From a bacterium (GTDB lineage Bacteria > Patescibacteriota > Dojkabacteria > GCA-016699595), in NCBI GenBank assembly GCA_016699595.1, contig CP064982.1, positions 379,829 to 443,828 on the forward strand: a stretch of 64,000 nucleotides of DNA, given 5' to 3'. This document shows positions 10,308 through 19,482 of the stretch, piece after piece. The notes beneath the pieces were generated by a model. The model was not told the DNA's origin. It searched no databases and was given only the letters and a program-made list of their open reading frames with translations. The first letter of the stretch is position 1, and each line of letters starts with the position of its first letter. The position numbers were made by a program, and so were the translations under genes.

Positions 10308-11039
10308 ATGAGATATAGAGCCTTGATCCTAAATACTCAGCAGTTCAAAGATAATGATTTACTGATAAAAGTTCTTTTAGATACCGGTGAAAAGATAAAT
10401 GTAAAATCCAAAGCAATAAAGAAGATTACATCTCGTAATTTGACGAAAATTGAAGTTGGCAATTATGTTGAAGTAAATTTAATACAAGGCAAGACTATGC
10501 AAATTCTTACAGAGATAAGAGTTTTGAATAATTTCAATGAGTTGAAAACCTCAGTTGTATCAACTGCTACATGGCTGATTCTAGAAGCTATCCAATTTCT
10601 TCCTGATCTACAAGATATCAGAACTTTTGATATAGCAATTGAAATTTTGACTAAATGTAACGAGCATTCAAAAAATAATCTTGAGTTGATCAGTTATACT
10701 CTTTGCATTTTCTTTGCTGAACTTTTGAAGATCATAGGGGTAACTATAAATTTTGACAATTTTGCAAACAACAATCAAAAAATAAAGAAGACAGATAATA
10801 TTTTTGTAGATTCAAGCTTAGGATTTTGCAGTTACAATTCAGGCATCCAGATAGATGCAACTACATTCAAAGTTATTCGCTTTGTTTCTGATGGTGATTT
10901 TGAACAACTTATTAAAACTAATTTTTCTGCTGACAAAATTTATTTATCTTCAGCTCTAAGTACATTTATATTTTGGTTTGAATCTTTGGTAGCAAGGAAA
11001 CTAAACTCTTATAGACTTTTTGCAACTCGTAGTTTATAA
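10308..11039 (+). CDS. recO: DNA repair protein RecO
   Basis: N-terminal OB-fold-like sequence (MRYRALILNTQQFKDNDLLIKVLLDTGEKINVKSKAIKK) and RecO-like C-terminal region. The ORF-track start at 10221 translates the tRNA, so the start was moved to the ATG at 10308. Confidence 0.5.
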   Translation: MRYRALILNTQQFKDNDLLIKVLLDTGEKINVKSKAIKKITSRNLTKIEVGNYVEVNLIQGKTMQILTEIRVLNNFNELKTSVVSTATWLILEAIQFLPDLQDIRTFDIAIEILTKCNEHSKNNLELISYTLCIFFAELLKIIGVTINFDNFANNNQKIKKTDNIFVDSSLGFCSYNSGIQIDATTFKVIRFVSDGDFEQLIKTNFSADKIYLSSALSTFIFWFESLVARKLNSYRLFATRSL

Positions 11040-11058
11040 TTTCTTGACAAATTCTTAT

Positions 11059-11142
11059 GGAGGGGTCGCATAGTTGGTCTAGTGCACAGTCCTGGAAAGA
11101 CTGCGTTCCAAAAGAACCGGAAGTTCGAATCTTCTCCCCTCC
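11059..11142 (+). tRNA. tRNA-Ser (anticodon GGA)
   Basis: Acceptor GGAGGGG/CCCCTCC, anticodon stem CAGTC/GACTG with loop CTGGAAA, long variable arm (GTTC..GAAC), T-loop TTCGAAT. Confidence 0.85.
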
Positions 11143-11268
11143 GAATTGGAAATATCTAGATAAAATAAAAAATTATCAAAAGGACTTTTCACTTTTAGTT
11201 TTCGAATATCTGTAATATGTGTCTATATTTGAGTTGTTTTGATATTTTTGTGGCTCAATAGTTCTTAC

Positions 11269-11348
11269 ACTATACCAAATAATAATAGTGTATAATATTT
11301 GTATAGATGATATAGGGAATTTAGTCGAACTTCGTATGTCCGAGAGTT
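11269..11348. repeat. Copy A (3' part only) of the ~170-bp AT-rich promoter-like repeat (family F1)
   Basis: CCAAATAATAATAGTGTATAATATTTGTATAGATGATATAGGGAATTTAGTCGAACTTCGTATGTCCGAGAGTT closely matches the copies at 19276, 20890, 21500 and 22213. Confidence 0.8.
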
Positions 11349-11396
11349 ATAATCAATTGACAGGCTAGCTAGAAAGATCTTCAAAGAAAGAGTAAT

Positions 11397-11705
11397 ATGA
11401 ATAATACAATGACAAAACAAAAAAATACCTTACTTATGTCTGTTATCTTAGTTTTGTTGATCCTTACAGTAATTGTAGTTGTCGCCAAAATTTCGCCTTA
11501 TAGATGTTGTGCTTGCCATCCAGATAGATATACTTTGTACCCAATTTCCTTTACGCTTTTTGAAAATCATTGGGCTCAATACATAGATTGTCATTGTCTG
11601 CCCGAAATGGGATGTGTTTTGTCTTTTTGGGTAATTCCGATTGATTTAATAGGATTAGTTGCACTTTTATCTGCAATCTTGTTTCACAAATTGAAAAAGA
11701 AGTGA
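11397..11705 (+). CDS. Small Cys-rich membrane protein (hypothetical)
   Basis: ORF with N-terminal TM helix and several Cys (CCACHPDRY, CHC). No known motif. Confidence 0.4.
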   Translation: MNNTMTKQKNTLLMSVILVLLILTVIVVVAKISPYRCCACHPDRYTLYPISFTLFENHWAQYIDCHCLPEMGCVLSFWVIPIDLIGLVALLSAILFHKLKKK

Positions 11706-11714
11706 TGGAAAAGA

Positions 11715-11885
11715 ACGCTCGCCTGTCAACTCTGAACTTTTTATTTGCTTCGCTACAGAACGTTGCACTAAAATTCAGCCCTTCAGGGAATATAACATGT
11801 GATAAAAGACTACAAAACCTTGCAGGATTCTCCATCCAAATTGGGCTATGCCCAACTTCTTTTATCCCTAAACGTTATGTGTAAT
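11715..11885. repeat. GC-richer intergenic element related to the F2/F3/F4 families (degenerate)
   Basis: Shares CGCTTCGCT, ACGTTGCACT and a terminal AACGTTATG (GTTATGT core at 11874-11880) with the other elements. Confidence 0.4.
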
Positions 11886-11922
11886 TGAGATAAAGCTGTT
11901 TTAATAACCACAATTTTCAAAT

Positions 11923-12621
11923 ATGACAATAAATGATGAAGTTCAAAAAATAATCGAAGAAGTAAATCGCCTCAATCACAAGATTGAGATGGTTTCTAAT
12001 GTAAAATCTGGCAAAGAAGCAACAGTCTATAAAGTTCTTTTAGACGATAAACTTGTGGCAATGAAGGTCTATAAAAAACCAGAAGAGAGATCCTTTAAAA
12101 ATACGGGACAATACTTAATGGGAAAATATTACAAGAAACCATCTGAAAGGAAAGCTGTGGCAAAAGGAAATAAATTTGCTAAAAAATTAAAACACCAAAA
12201 TTGGATTAGAAGAGAATATTTTATGCTTGAAAAGTTATATGAACATGGAGCCAAAATTCCAAAACCCATATTACATATTGAAGATGCTATATTTATGGAG
12301 TTATTAGGAAATCAAGATTTTGTGGCTCCTAGATTGTGCGATGTAATTCTGACAAAAGATGAAGCAGAAAGTGCTTATAAAAAGGTACTTGATACAATGA
12401 TTGTGTTTTGGAATTTTGGCATAGTGCATGCGGATTTATCTGAATACAACATTTTATGGTGGAATAATGAACCTTATATTATTGACTTTCCTCAGGCACT
12501 AGATAAAAAGACTAACCCAAATGTAAATGAAGTTTTGGATAGAGATTTGAGAAATATCACAAACTTTTTTGGCAAATTTATCAAAACTGATTTTGATGAA
12601 ATTAGAAAAGACTTTTCTTAA
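11923..12621 (+). CDS. RIO-type serine protein kinase
   Basis: RIO signature motifs: SGKEATVY (ATP-binding loop), IVHADLSEYNIL (catalytic loop), IIDFPQAL (metal-binding loop). Confidence 0.75.
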   Translation: MTINDEVQKIIEEVNRLNHKIEMVSNVKSGKEATVYKVLLDDKLVAMKVYKKPEERSFKNTGQYLMGKYYKKPSERKAVAKGNKFAKKLKHQNWIRREYFMLEKLYEHGAKIPKPILHIEDAIFMELLGNQDFVAPRLCDVILTKDEAESAYKKVLDTMIVFWNFGIVHADLSEYNILWWNNEPYIIDFPQALDKKTNPNVNEVLDRDLRNITNFFGKFIKTDFDEIRKDFS

Positions 12622-12677
12622 CTTGCTCACTATCGGTCGCACCAGATTGTACTCTCTCACTCCCACTGGTCGTTCGG

Positions 12678-12796
12678 GTCTGACAACACAATATATGCGC
12701 TTCGAGCCTTGCAGGCTCACACCCATATTGCGCTACAACTTATAATTTGATAAAATATAGATGTAACACAACATCGCATATACTGGAACGTTAGAT
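12678..12796. repeat. attC-like imperfect palindrome (family F2, long form)
   Basis: GTCTGAC - 7 nt - TATATGCG ... central perfect hairpin GAGCCT-tgc-AGGCTC ... CGCATATA - 7 nt - GTTAGAT (12790-12796). The 8-bp L boxes are perfectly complementary. The next ORF starts 24 bp after the GTT core. Confidence 0.55.
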
Positions 12797-12819
12797 GAAA
12801 TAATACTCAACTATTTTAC

Positions 12820-13218
12820 TTGTTTAATCACGTTAATATGACAAATCAAAGAAACACACTTTCGATAAGAGAAATGATGGAACTCTCAAACGAACTCTTT
12901 GAGCTGAATAAAGAAAAATGGACTCCTAAAACCCCAGAGTCAAATATCTACTGGGTTGGTTGGCTAGTCGCTGAGATCGGAGAAGTTATTGATATCGTTA
13001 AGAAAAAAGGAGTAGATAAAATAATGAATGACAAAGAGATTCGTATTGAAATGCTAGAGGAAATAACAGATTGCTACATGTATTTGGCGGATATTTTAAA
13101 TAGATATCAATATTCTCCAGAAGAGTTTTCGAAAGTGTACAAAGAAAAGATGGAATATAATATGAAAAGAGATTACTCGCAAGGAAAAACAAGTAAGGAT
13201 AAGAAAATCACGAAATAG
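12820..13218 (+). CDS. MazG-like nucleoside triphosphate pyrophosphohydrolase
   Basis: All-alpha NTP-PPase pattern with acidic motifs (VAEIGEV ... EEITDCYMYLADI). Confidence 0.5.
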   Translation: MFNHVNMTNQRNTLSIREMMELSNELFELNKEKWTPKTPESNIYWVGWLVAEIGEVIDIVKKKGVDKIMNDKEIRIEMLEEITDCYMYLADILNRYQYSPEEFSKVYKEKMEYNMKRDYSQGKTSKDKKITK

Positions 13219-13255
13219 TTGAGTATTACTCTCACTCCTAAGGTCGCTCGCCCTC

Positions 13256-13339
13256 GCCTAACAGCGGATATGAGGTTCAGCTCTTACAGAGCCTCAACCC
13301 AAACTGCTACGCAACTTTTCATATCCGCAAACGTTAGCC
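13256..13339. repeat. attC-like site (family F3): GCCTAAC-a-GCGGATATGA ... TCATATCCGC-aaac-GTTAGCC
   Basis: 84 bp. Inverse core GCCTAAC matches RYYYAAC. The 10-bp L boxes are perfectly complementary. CTAAC/GTTAG pair, with asymmetric 1- and 4-nt bulges. The right core GTTAGCC approximates GTTRRRY. Confidence 0.6.
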
Positions 13340-13386
13340 GACATATTTTTGAAAAATTTATATAATCTTATTTAATAATCTAAAAA

Positions 13387-13785
13387 ATGTTAAAAAAACA
13401 CAAAAAAATTATCGTTCTAATTGGTATCGCCTCCATATATTTTATATTAGTTTTTAGTCTGTTCAAATTTCATATCGTTGAGTATGTGTTCCAAAGGGTT
13501 GTTATGGCAAATAATCCTACGGTCTTCTTCTCATGCGGTACATTTGGAGATGAAGATCATTTAAACAAAATAATCGATGAAAAAAGAGACGAGAAGATTA
13601 CAACATTAAGAAAGTACCTATCTGAAAACAATGGTGATTTATATATAGAAGCTGTTGGAAGTAGATGCCCAAACAAATTCCAATTTGTAGCTGCTTTTGG
13701 AGGTGATACTCAAAGAGTTGAAATTGAACAGATACTAAAAGATCAAACAATAAATGGAACACCCGTTTTTTTACTTAATAGATAA
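13387..13785 (+). CDS. Hypothetical membrane-anchored protein
   Basis: ORF with an N-terminal TM helix. No motif recognised. Confidence 0.4.
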   Translation: MLKKHKKIIVLIGIASIYFILVFSLFKFHIVEYVFQRVVMANNPTVFFSCGTFGDEDHLNKIIDEKRDEKITTLRKYLSENNGDLYIEAVGSRCPNKFQFVAAFGGDTQRVEIEQILKDQTINGTPVFLLNR

Positions 13786-13839
13786 TATTATGGATAAATT
13801 TTTCAAAAATACGCAAGGCACGTTGCACTCTCACCCCGC

Positions 13840-13960
13840 TATCGCTCCGTTCGGGTCTGACAACACAATATATGCGCTTCGAGCCTTGCAGTTTCTCACC
13901 CATATTCCGCCGAAGTTTGATAAAATAAACTAAGGTATCGGCGTAACATCGCATATACTA
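13840..13960. repeat. F2-family GC-rich element (copy b; right core degenerate)
   Basis: CCGTTCGGGTCTGACAACACAATATATGCGCTTCGAGCCTTGCAG..CTCACCCATATT is near-identical to 12670-12730. Right arm CGCATATA is present but no GTTAGAT follows. Confidence 0.6.
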
Positions 13961-14088
13961 AAAACAGTATATTATATTTAAAAAATATATAATATATATA
14001 CTCATATTTGCTATATAGTCAAACATTCGCAAAGATGAGAGTTATCGGAAATTTCAAGCAATATTTTTTATACAATTAGCAAAGTTTA

Positions 14089-14505
14089 GTGAAAAATATG
14101 ACAAAGAAAGTTGTTATTGCCGGGAGCGCATCACTTCAAGAAAAAGTTTTGTTCTGGAAAAAGTTTTGGGAAGATAAAGGGTGTCTTGTGACAAATTGTC
14201 CTTTGCCAATAAAAAAGGAGAACTTTTTAGAAGAATATCCTAAGGTTCATACGGATTTTTTCAAAAATATCACAGAGGCGGATATTCTTTTTGTTATGAA
14301 TGAGGATAAAAATGGTATTACTGGATATCTCGGTGTGGAATCTTTTGCAGAAATGTGTTTTGGGGTTGCTCAAAACCTCATTCACAACAAAAATCTTGAG
14401 GTGATGCTTTTGCAAGAACCAAGTGAGCGTGTGCAATCATACGAAGAAGTAGTTTTGTGGTTAAAATTAGGCTGGATAAAATTGCACGACAAAAACATTG
14501 CTTGA
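14089..14505 (+). CDS. Hypothetical Rossmann-like protein (possibly nucleoside 2-deoxyribosyltransferase-like)
   Basis: VVIAGSAS ... ADILFVMNEDKNGITGYLGVESFAEMCFGVAQ pattern. Weak resemblance only. Confidence 0.25.
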   Translation: MKNMTKKVVIAGSASLQEKVLFWKKFWEDKGCLVTNCPLPIKKENFLEEYPKVHTDFFKNITEADILFVMNEDKNGITGYLGVESFAEMCFGVAQNLIHNKNLEVMLLQEPSERVQSYEEVVLWLKLGWIKLHDKNIA

Positions 14506-14751
14506 AAAATCAGATAACAAAACATATACGGTTCGCTCACAGATATTTTGCGTCCTTATTTTGCAAAAATATAAACACAACTGATTTATTATGTTGCTCA
14601 AAAATTAGAGAAATTCAGTAAGACTATCAAAACATTCCTAAATGCTAGGATTGTAGTACAAGTTCTTTTTCATTGTTTCCACACTCCAACTGAAAGATAT
14701 AATACTACATTCCATTCTTCATCGAGAAACATCATAAAGTCTCAGATTCTT

Positions 14752-15738
14752 TTACTTCTCCAATCTCCCTACTTCATTTGCACTTATCATACTGTCTCTA
14801 ATCTGACTTGCGATATCATTCATTCCGGACGGTGAATGTGGAAGCATGATTGTATTTGTTTTGCTACTCATGGAAATCTCTTTCAATGTGTCAAAGTATT
14901 GTGTCATTAGAACCAAATTCATCACATCTTTCGCAGTTGAACCGTGAACTGAACTTTGAAATTCCTCAACAGAATCTTTCAATCCTTGAATTATAGCTCT
15001 TCTTTGATCAGCAATACCTTTACCTTGCAATGCTTTCGATTGTGCTTCAGCTTCAGCTCTTTTGACTAGCAATATTCTTTCTGCTTCACCTTTCTCTGCA
15101 GCCGCAATTCGAAGTCTTTGTGCTGAATTTATCTCGTTCATTGATTCTTTGACCTTTGCATCTGGTTCAATATCGGTAACTAGTGCATTCACTATTCCAA
15201 AACCAAATTGTGTCATAGTTTCTTCCAACTCTTTTTTTACTGCAAGTGCTATTTCATCTTTGTTATCAAAAAGCTGGTCTAGTGTCATTTTGGGGACTTT
15301 CGCTCTAATGACATCATAAACATAAGAATTTATCTGTCTTGCAGGATCATTCAATTTATAAAATGCATCTGCAGCTTTTTGAGGTATGACAAAAAACTGA
15401 ACTGAAGTTGTCAAATGAACAAATACATTGTCCAGTGTCTTCGTTTCAGCCTTTACATTTAATTCTTGAACTCGAAAAGATAACTTTCCTGCCTTTTTTT
15501 CAACAAGAGGAATTTTCCAATTTAGACCAGCTGTTGCAATTCTGACAAATTTGCCAAATCTTTCAATCACTGCAGCAGTTTGCTGTTCAACCGTAAAAAG
15601 AATCGATGGGATAAAAATAAAAACTAATATCAATATGATGATGGGGATAATTATAAGTTCCATAGTAGTTAAGTTAGGATTTGTAAGTATTACATTATTT
15701 AAATTATTAAGAAACATTATACTGCTTTTGTACTGCAT
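14752..15738 (-). CDS. SPFH/band-7 (stomatin/flotillin-like) membrane protein
   Basis: N-terminal TM segment followed by an SPFH domain and a coiled-coil Ala/Glu-rich tail (QRLRIAAAEKGEAERILLVKRAEAEAQSKALQGK). The true start is probably an internal Met. Confidence 0.7.
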   Translation of the reverse strand: MQYKSSIMFLNNLNNVILTNPNLTTMELIIIPIIILILVFIFIPSILFTVEQQTAAVIERFGKFVRIATAGLNWKIPLVEKKAGKLSFRVQELNVKAETKTLDNVFVHLTTSVQFFVIPQKAADAFYKLNDPARQINSYVYDVIRAKVPKMTLDQLFDNKDEIALAVKKELEETMTQFGFGIVNALVTDIEPDAKVKESMNEINSAQRLRIAAAEKGEAERILLVKRAEAEAQSKALQGKGIADQRRAIIQGLKDSVEEFQSSVHGSTAKDVMNLVLMTQYFDTLKEISMSSKTNTIMLPHSPSGMNDIASQIRDSMISANEVGRLEK

Positions 15739-15881
15739 TTTTCAAGTAAAGTTACTAGTTGGAATTTCAAATGCGTTATCACAATTTATCTATAAAATCA
15801 TTTATAATTGTATAATTATCTGATATCATACTCAGGCTATAATGCTGAACTAATAATAAGTAACAGAACTTAAATAAATTT

Positions 15882-17357
15882 ATGTCAAATATCGGACAAT
15901 CACTACAACAAGTAAGAGAATTTAGAGTTCAAAAATTAAACAAGCTGAAGGAATTGGGATTTGACCCATATCCTGCTCGAGTTCAAAAAGACAAAAACAA
16001 TGCAGAACTTATAAATAACTTTGACGAATTGCAAGGGAAAGATTTTTTCATAACCGGAAGAATTGTCTCTATCCGAAGTTATGGTAAATTGTTGTTCCTT
16101 GATGTGCAAGATGAATCAGGCAAAATTCAATGCATTGGTATGCCACAAAATGTGATTGGACTAGAAACAAAATATTTAGAATTTGGACAGTTAGATCTTA
16201 TTGACAATGGAGATTTTGTAGAAGTCTTTGGGACTCTAGGCAAATCAAAAACTGGTGAAATCTCTATATTAGTCAAAAGCATCCGAATTATCACAAAGTC
16301 CCTTAGACCAATTCCAGATGAACTCAATGATGTAGAAGAAAGACAAAGAAAAAGATATCTGGATATAAATGTGAATGGATCAAAAGACAAACTTGACTTA
16401 CAAGCAAGATTTGAGAGAAGATCCAAGTTCTGGCAAGCAAACAGGGACTTCTTAAACTCCAAAGGTTTCATTGAGATGAATATGCCTGTTTTGGAACTCA
16501 CTACAGGAGGAGCTGATGCAAATCCATTTGTAACTCATATGGATGCTATAGACCAAGACTTTTACTTGCGTATTTCTCACGAATTACCACTCAAAAGGCT
16601 AATTGGAGCTGGCTACGAGAAAGTTTATGACATTGGTCCAAGATTCAGAAATGAAGGTTTTTCTGATGAACATTTGCCTGAGCATATTGCTATGGAATGG
16701 TACTGGGCATATGCTGATTTTCAAAAGGGAATGGAATTTATGGAAGAAATGTTTAAGTTTATCTCATATGAAGTTTGGGGCACGACAAAATTTGAAAACA
16801 TGAAAGGCTTTGAAGAAATAGATCTTGAAAAAAAATGGGAAGTTATAACTTATGAGCAAATTTTGCAAGATAGATTTGGAATTGATATTTGGAATGTTGA
16901 TTTGGACAAAGTGAATGTAGAACTTGCCAAGTTTGATGATAAAGCAGAAAATATTAATCGAGGTATTGACAAGCTTTGGAAGAAAATTCGAGCAACTATC
17001 GGAGGTCCAGTTTGGATGATTTATGAGCCTGCATTTCTTTCCCCACTTGCAAAGCCAAGTGATACTGACAAAAGAATAACAGAACGATTTCATCCCATAA
17101 TTGCTGGATCAGAACTTGGAAATGGATTTAGTGAATTGAATGACCCTCAACTTCAACTCCAGAATTTTTTGGAACAAGAAAAACTTAGAGAAGAAGGAGA
17201 TGCTGAGGCGCAAATGTTGGATGATGACTTTGTAGAAATGCTTGAGTACGGTATGCCTCCAACTTGTGGATGGGGACATGCAGAAAGAAATTTTTGGTTC
17301 TTTGAAAATGTTTCAGCAAGAGAAGGAGTGATTTTTCCACCTATGAGAAGAAAGTAA
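15882..17357 (+). CDS. lysS: Lysyl-tRNA synthetase (class II)
   Basis: OB anticodon-binding domain followed by the class II core (FRNEGFSDEHLPEHIAMEWYWAY, GGxxERxxM-like C-terminus). 491 aa. Confidence 0.9.
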   Translation: MSNIGQSLQQVREFRVQKLNKLKELGFDPYPARVQKDKNNAELINNFDELQGKDFFITGRIVSIRSYGKLLFLDVQDESGKIQCIGMPQNVIGLETKYLEFGQLDLIDNGDFVEVFGTLGKSKTGEISILVKSIRIITKSLRPIPDELNDVEERQRKRYLDINVNGSKDKLDLQARFERRSKFWQANRDFLNSKGFIEMNMPVLELTTGGADANPFVTHMDAIDQDFYLRISHELPLKRLIGAGYEKVYDIGPRFRNEGFSDEHLPEHIAMEWYWAYADFQKGMEFMEEMFKFISYEVWGTTKFENMKGFEEIDLEKKWEVITYEQILQDRFGIDIWNVDLDKVNVELAKFDDKAENINRGIDKLWKKIRATIGGPVWMIYEPAFLSPLAKPSDTDKRITERFHPIIAGSELGNGFSELNDPQLQLQNFLEQEKLREEGDAEAQMLDDDFVEMLEYGMPPTCGWGHAERNFWFFENVSAREGVIFPPMRRK

Positions 17358-18649
17358 TGTATTTTACCTCATTTTCTCAAAACACAAACTTCAAAAAATA
17401 CAAATTAGAAATATTAAATAAAGCTTGGTTTCAAGACATTGTTACAAACTTTGAAGATATCACAGCTTTGTCAAAAGAAGAAAGAGAGTTTTGCAAAACT
17501 CAATTTGACAATGAACTTCAAGAATTGAAAAATATCAAGTCAAATAGCCCAACAAAAACCGGCTCTGGAAGAATTATTTCAAAAAAGGCACAATCATTGG
17601 TCCAAACAGAGGAAAATTCCACATTGAAGTTTTCTCAGATTTTCAATGCCGAAGCTAGAGAAGAGTTCAAAAGTTCCAAATTAGAATTTGCAAAAATAAT
17701 AGATTTATCAGCTACTTTACATTTTGAACTAATTAAACTTCTATTTGACAAAGAATCAAATACTTGGAAATCTCTTTTCAAGCTTTATGATGGCAAGAAA
17801 ATTGAATCAGTTTTGATGAGATTTGAAGATGGTCGCAACTCAGTTTGCGTTAGTTCTCAAGTTGGTTGCCCTGTTGGTTGTATTTTTTGTGCTTCTGGTC
17901 AAATGGGATTTATGAGGAATCTAACCTCACAAGAGATTGTCGATCAAGTTTTATTTTGGGCTAGACTTATGAAGCTTATGCCCAAAAACTTGGAAAATGA
18001 TTTGCCTAACCAACAACCTACTTCCACTTCCAATCACTTTTTGAAGGAAAAAGATAATTTTGAAAAAGTTACAAACATAGTTTATATGGGAATGGGCGAA
18101 CCTATGTTGAATTATGAAAATGTAGTTGAAAGTTTGAAAATACTTACAAATCCAAATGAATTTGGTTTAGGAGACAGGCATATAACTTTGTCTAGTTCAG
18201 GTTATATACCACAACTTGAAAAGTATATGACCGAGGGAATGAAAACAAAGCTTGCAATTTCGCTTCACGCACCTAGTCAGGAACTTAGAGAAAAATTAAT
18301 GCCAGTTGCAAAAATTTATTCGCTTGATAAGTTGATGGAATTCATAAAGAAGTATGAGAAATATACCGGGAAAAGAATTAGTTATGAATATACCTTGATA
18401 GATCAGGTAAACGACACTCAAGAATGTGCAAGAAATTTGGCTAAGTTACTCAAAAATCGAGAGGCACATGTAAATTTGATACCTATGAATCCAATTGCTG
18501 AAGCAAAAGATTTGAGAAAATCAGATCTACGAAATGTTTATGCGTTTTATGAAACTTTGAAACATTTCAAAATTCCTACAACAATTAGAATCACCATGGG
18601 TGACAAAATACAAGCAGCTTGTGGTCAACTTGCAAACAAAAATGGTTAG
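17357..18649 (+). CDS. rlmN: 23S rRNA (adenine2503-C2)-methyltransferase RlmN (radical SAM)
   Basis: CVSSQVGCPVGCIFCASG radical-SAM Cys cluster, MGMGEPMLN motif. Start overlaps the lysS stop (TAATG). Confidence 0.85.
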   Translation: MYFTSFSQNTNFKKYKLEILNKAWFQDIVTNFEDITALSKEEREFCKTQFDNELQELKNIKSNSPTKTGSGRIISKKAQSLVQTEENSTLKFSQIFNAEAREEFKSSKLEFAKIIDLSATLHFELIKLLFDKESNTWKSLFKLYDGKKIESVLMRFEDGRNSVCVSSQVGCPVGCIFCASGQMGFMRNLTSQEIVDQVLFWARLMKLMPKNLENDLPNQQPTSTSNHFLKEKDNFEKVTNIVYMGMGEPMLNYENVVESLKILTNPNEFGLGDRHITLSSSGYIPQLEKYMTEGMKTKLAISLHAPSQELREKLMPVAKIYSLDKLMEFIKKYEKYTGKRISYEYTLIDQVNDTQECARNLAKLLKNREAHVNLIPMNPIAEAKDLRKSDLRNVYAFYETLKHFKIPTTIRITMGDKIQAACGQLANKNG

Positions 18650-18652
18650 TAT

Positions 18653-18737
18653 GGAGGGGTGACCGAGTGGTTGAAGGTACCGCTCTCGAAAAGCGGCATG
18701 GGGCAACTCATCGCGAGTTCGAATCTCGCCTCCTCCG
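18653..18737 (+). tRNA. tRNA-Ser (anticodon CGA)
   Basis: Acceptor GGAGGGG/CTCCTCC (one G.T), anticodon stem CCGCT/AGCGG with loop CTCGAAA, long variable arm, T-loop TTCGAAT. Confidence 0.85.
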
Positions 18738-18882
18738 TCGAGTTTTACTTTTTTCACAATTGGCTCTTGATATTATGGAAGATAACTGATTTATTGATTT
18801 GACATATTAAACTAAATACAGTACAATTAATGGTAAATTTGTAGTTTATTAATCTATAAAGCAAAAACATTCTTAAAGAAAT

Positions 18883-19218
18883 ATGGGGAAGAGACGTTAT
18901 CCAAAAGATCAGAAAAGTTTTGATAATGTATATTATGAGACATATGGTGATTATCGTGATAATGTCCTTTATCCAAAAGGGGCTTGGTCTTATCAAAAAA
19001 TCTTCCAGACAGCTTGTGTGGTCAAGAGTCAACAAGAACAATATAAAAAAGCTGGACAGCCTGTCAATCTAATGCTTAGAGAATGTTTGTTATTTCAAAT
19101 AATTCAAAAAGGTGGTATTAACGCAATAGACGCATGGTTAAAAAAGAATGATCCAGGACACTATCGACTTCGGGATATTGCAAACATGGATTGGAGTTGG
19201 TTGGATGAGTCAAGGTAA
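18883..19218 (+). CDS. Hypothetical protein
   Basis: ORF only. No motif. Confidence 0.35.
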   Translation: MGKRRYPKDQKSFDNVYYETYGDYRDNVLYPKGAWSYQKIFQTACVVKSQQEQYKKAGQPVNLMLRECLLFQIIQKGGINAIDAWLKKNDPGHYRLRDIANMDWSWLDESR

Positions 19219-19275
19219 TATAAGGTATAATAATATTACAGTTCTTCACGCAAATAATAAAATTAAGCGAACAGG

Positions 19276-19440
19276 GAAAACTTCTCATACAAGCAAAGGT
19301 TTAACTTCCAGTACTTTCAAAAACTTCGTAATTAGTTCTTTATGCATAACTTATATCACTGTTATACTACCCAATAATAGTGTATAATATTAGTATAGAT
19401 AATATACGCAATCTAGTCGGACTTCGTATATCCGAGAGTT
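19276..19440. repeat. Full-length copy B of the ~170-bp AT-rich promoter-like repeat F1
   Basis: AAACTTCTCATA.AAGCAAAGGTTTAACTTCCAGTACTTTCAAAAACTTC ... CCCAATAATAGTGTATAATATT ... TAGTCG.ACTTCGTATATCCGAGAGTT. About 88 % identical to copy E. Contains a TATAAT box. The next ATG is 42 bp downstream. Confidence 0.85.
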
Positions 19441-19482
19441 AGATGAAATCAAAAACAATTATATTTTTAAAAGCAAAAAGTT

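Noticed and set aside
13800-14090. rRNA or other large structured RNA fragment as an explanation for GC-rich intergenic blocks
   Set aside because: The blocks are short (80-200 bp), repeated with each other, and show no resemblance to conserved 16S/23S/5S segments recognisable by eye.
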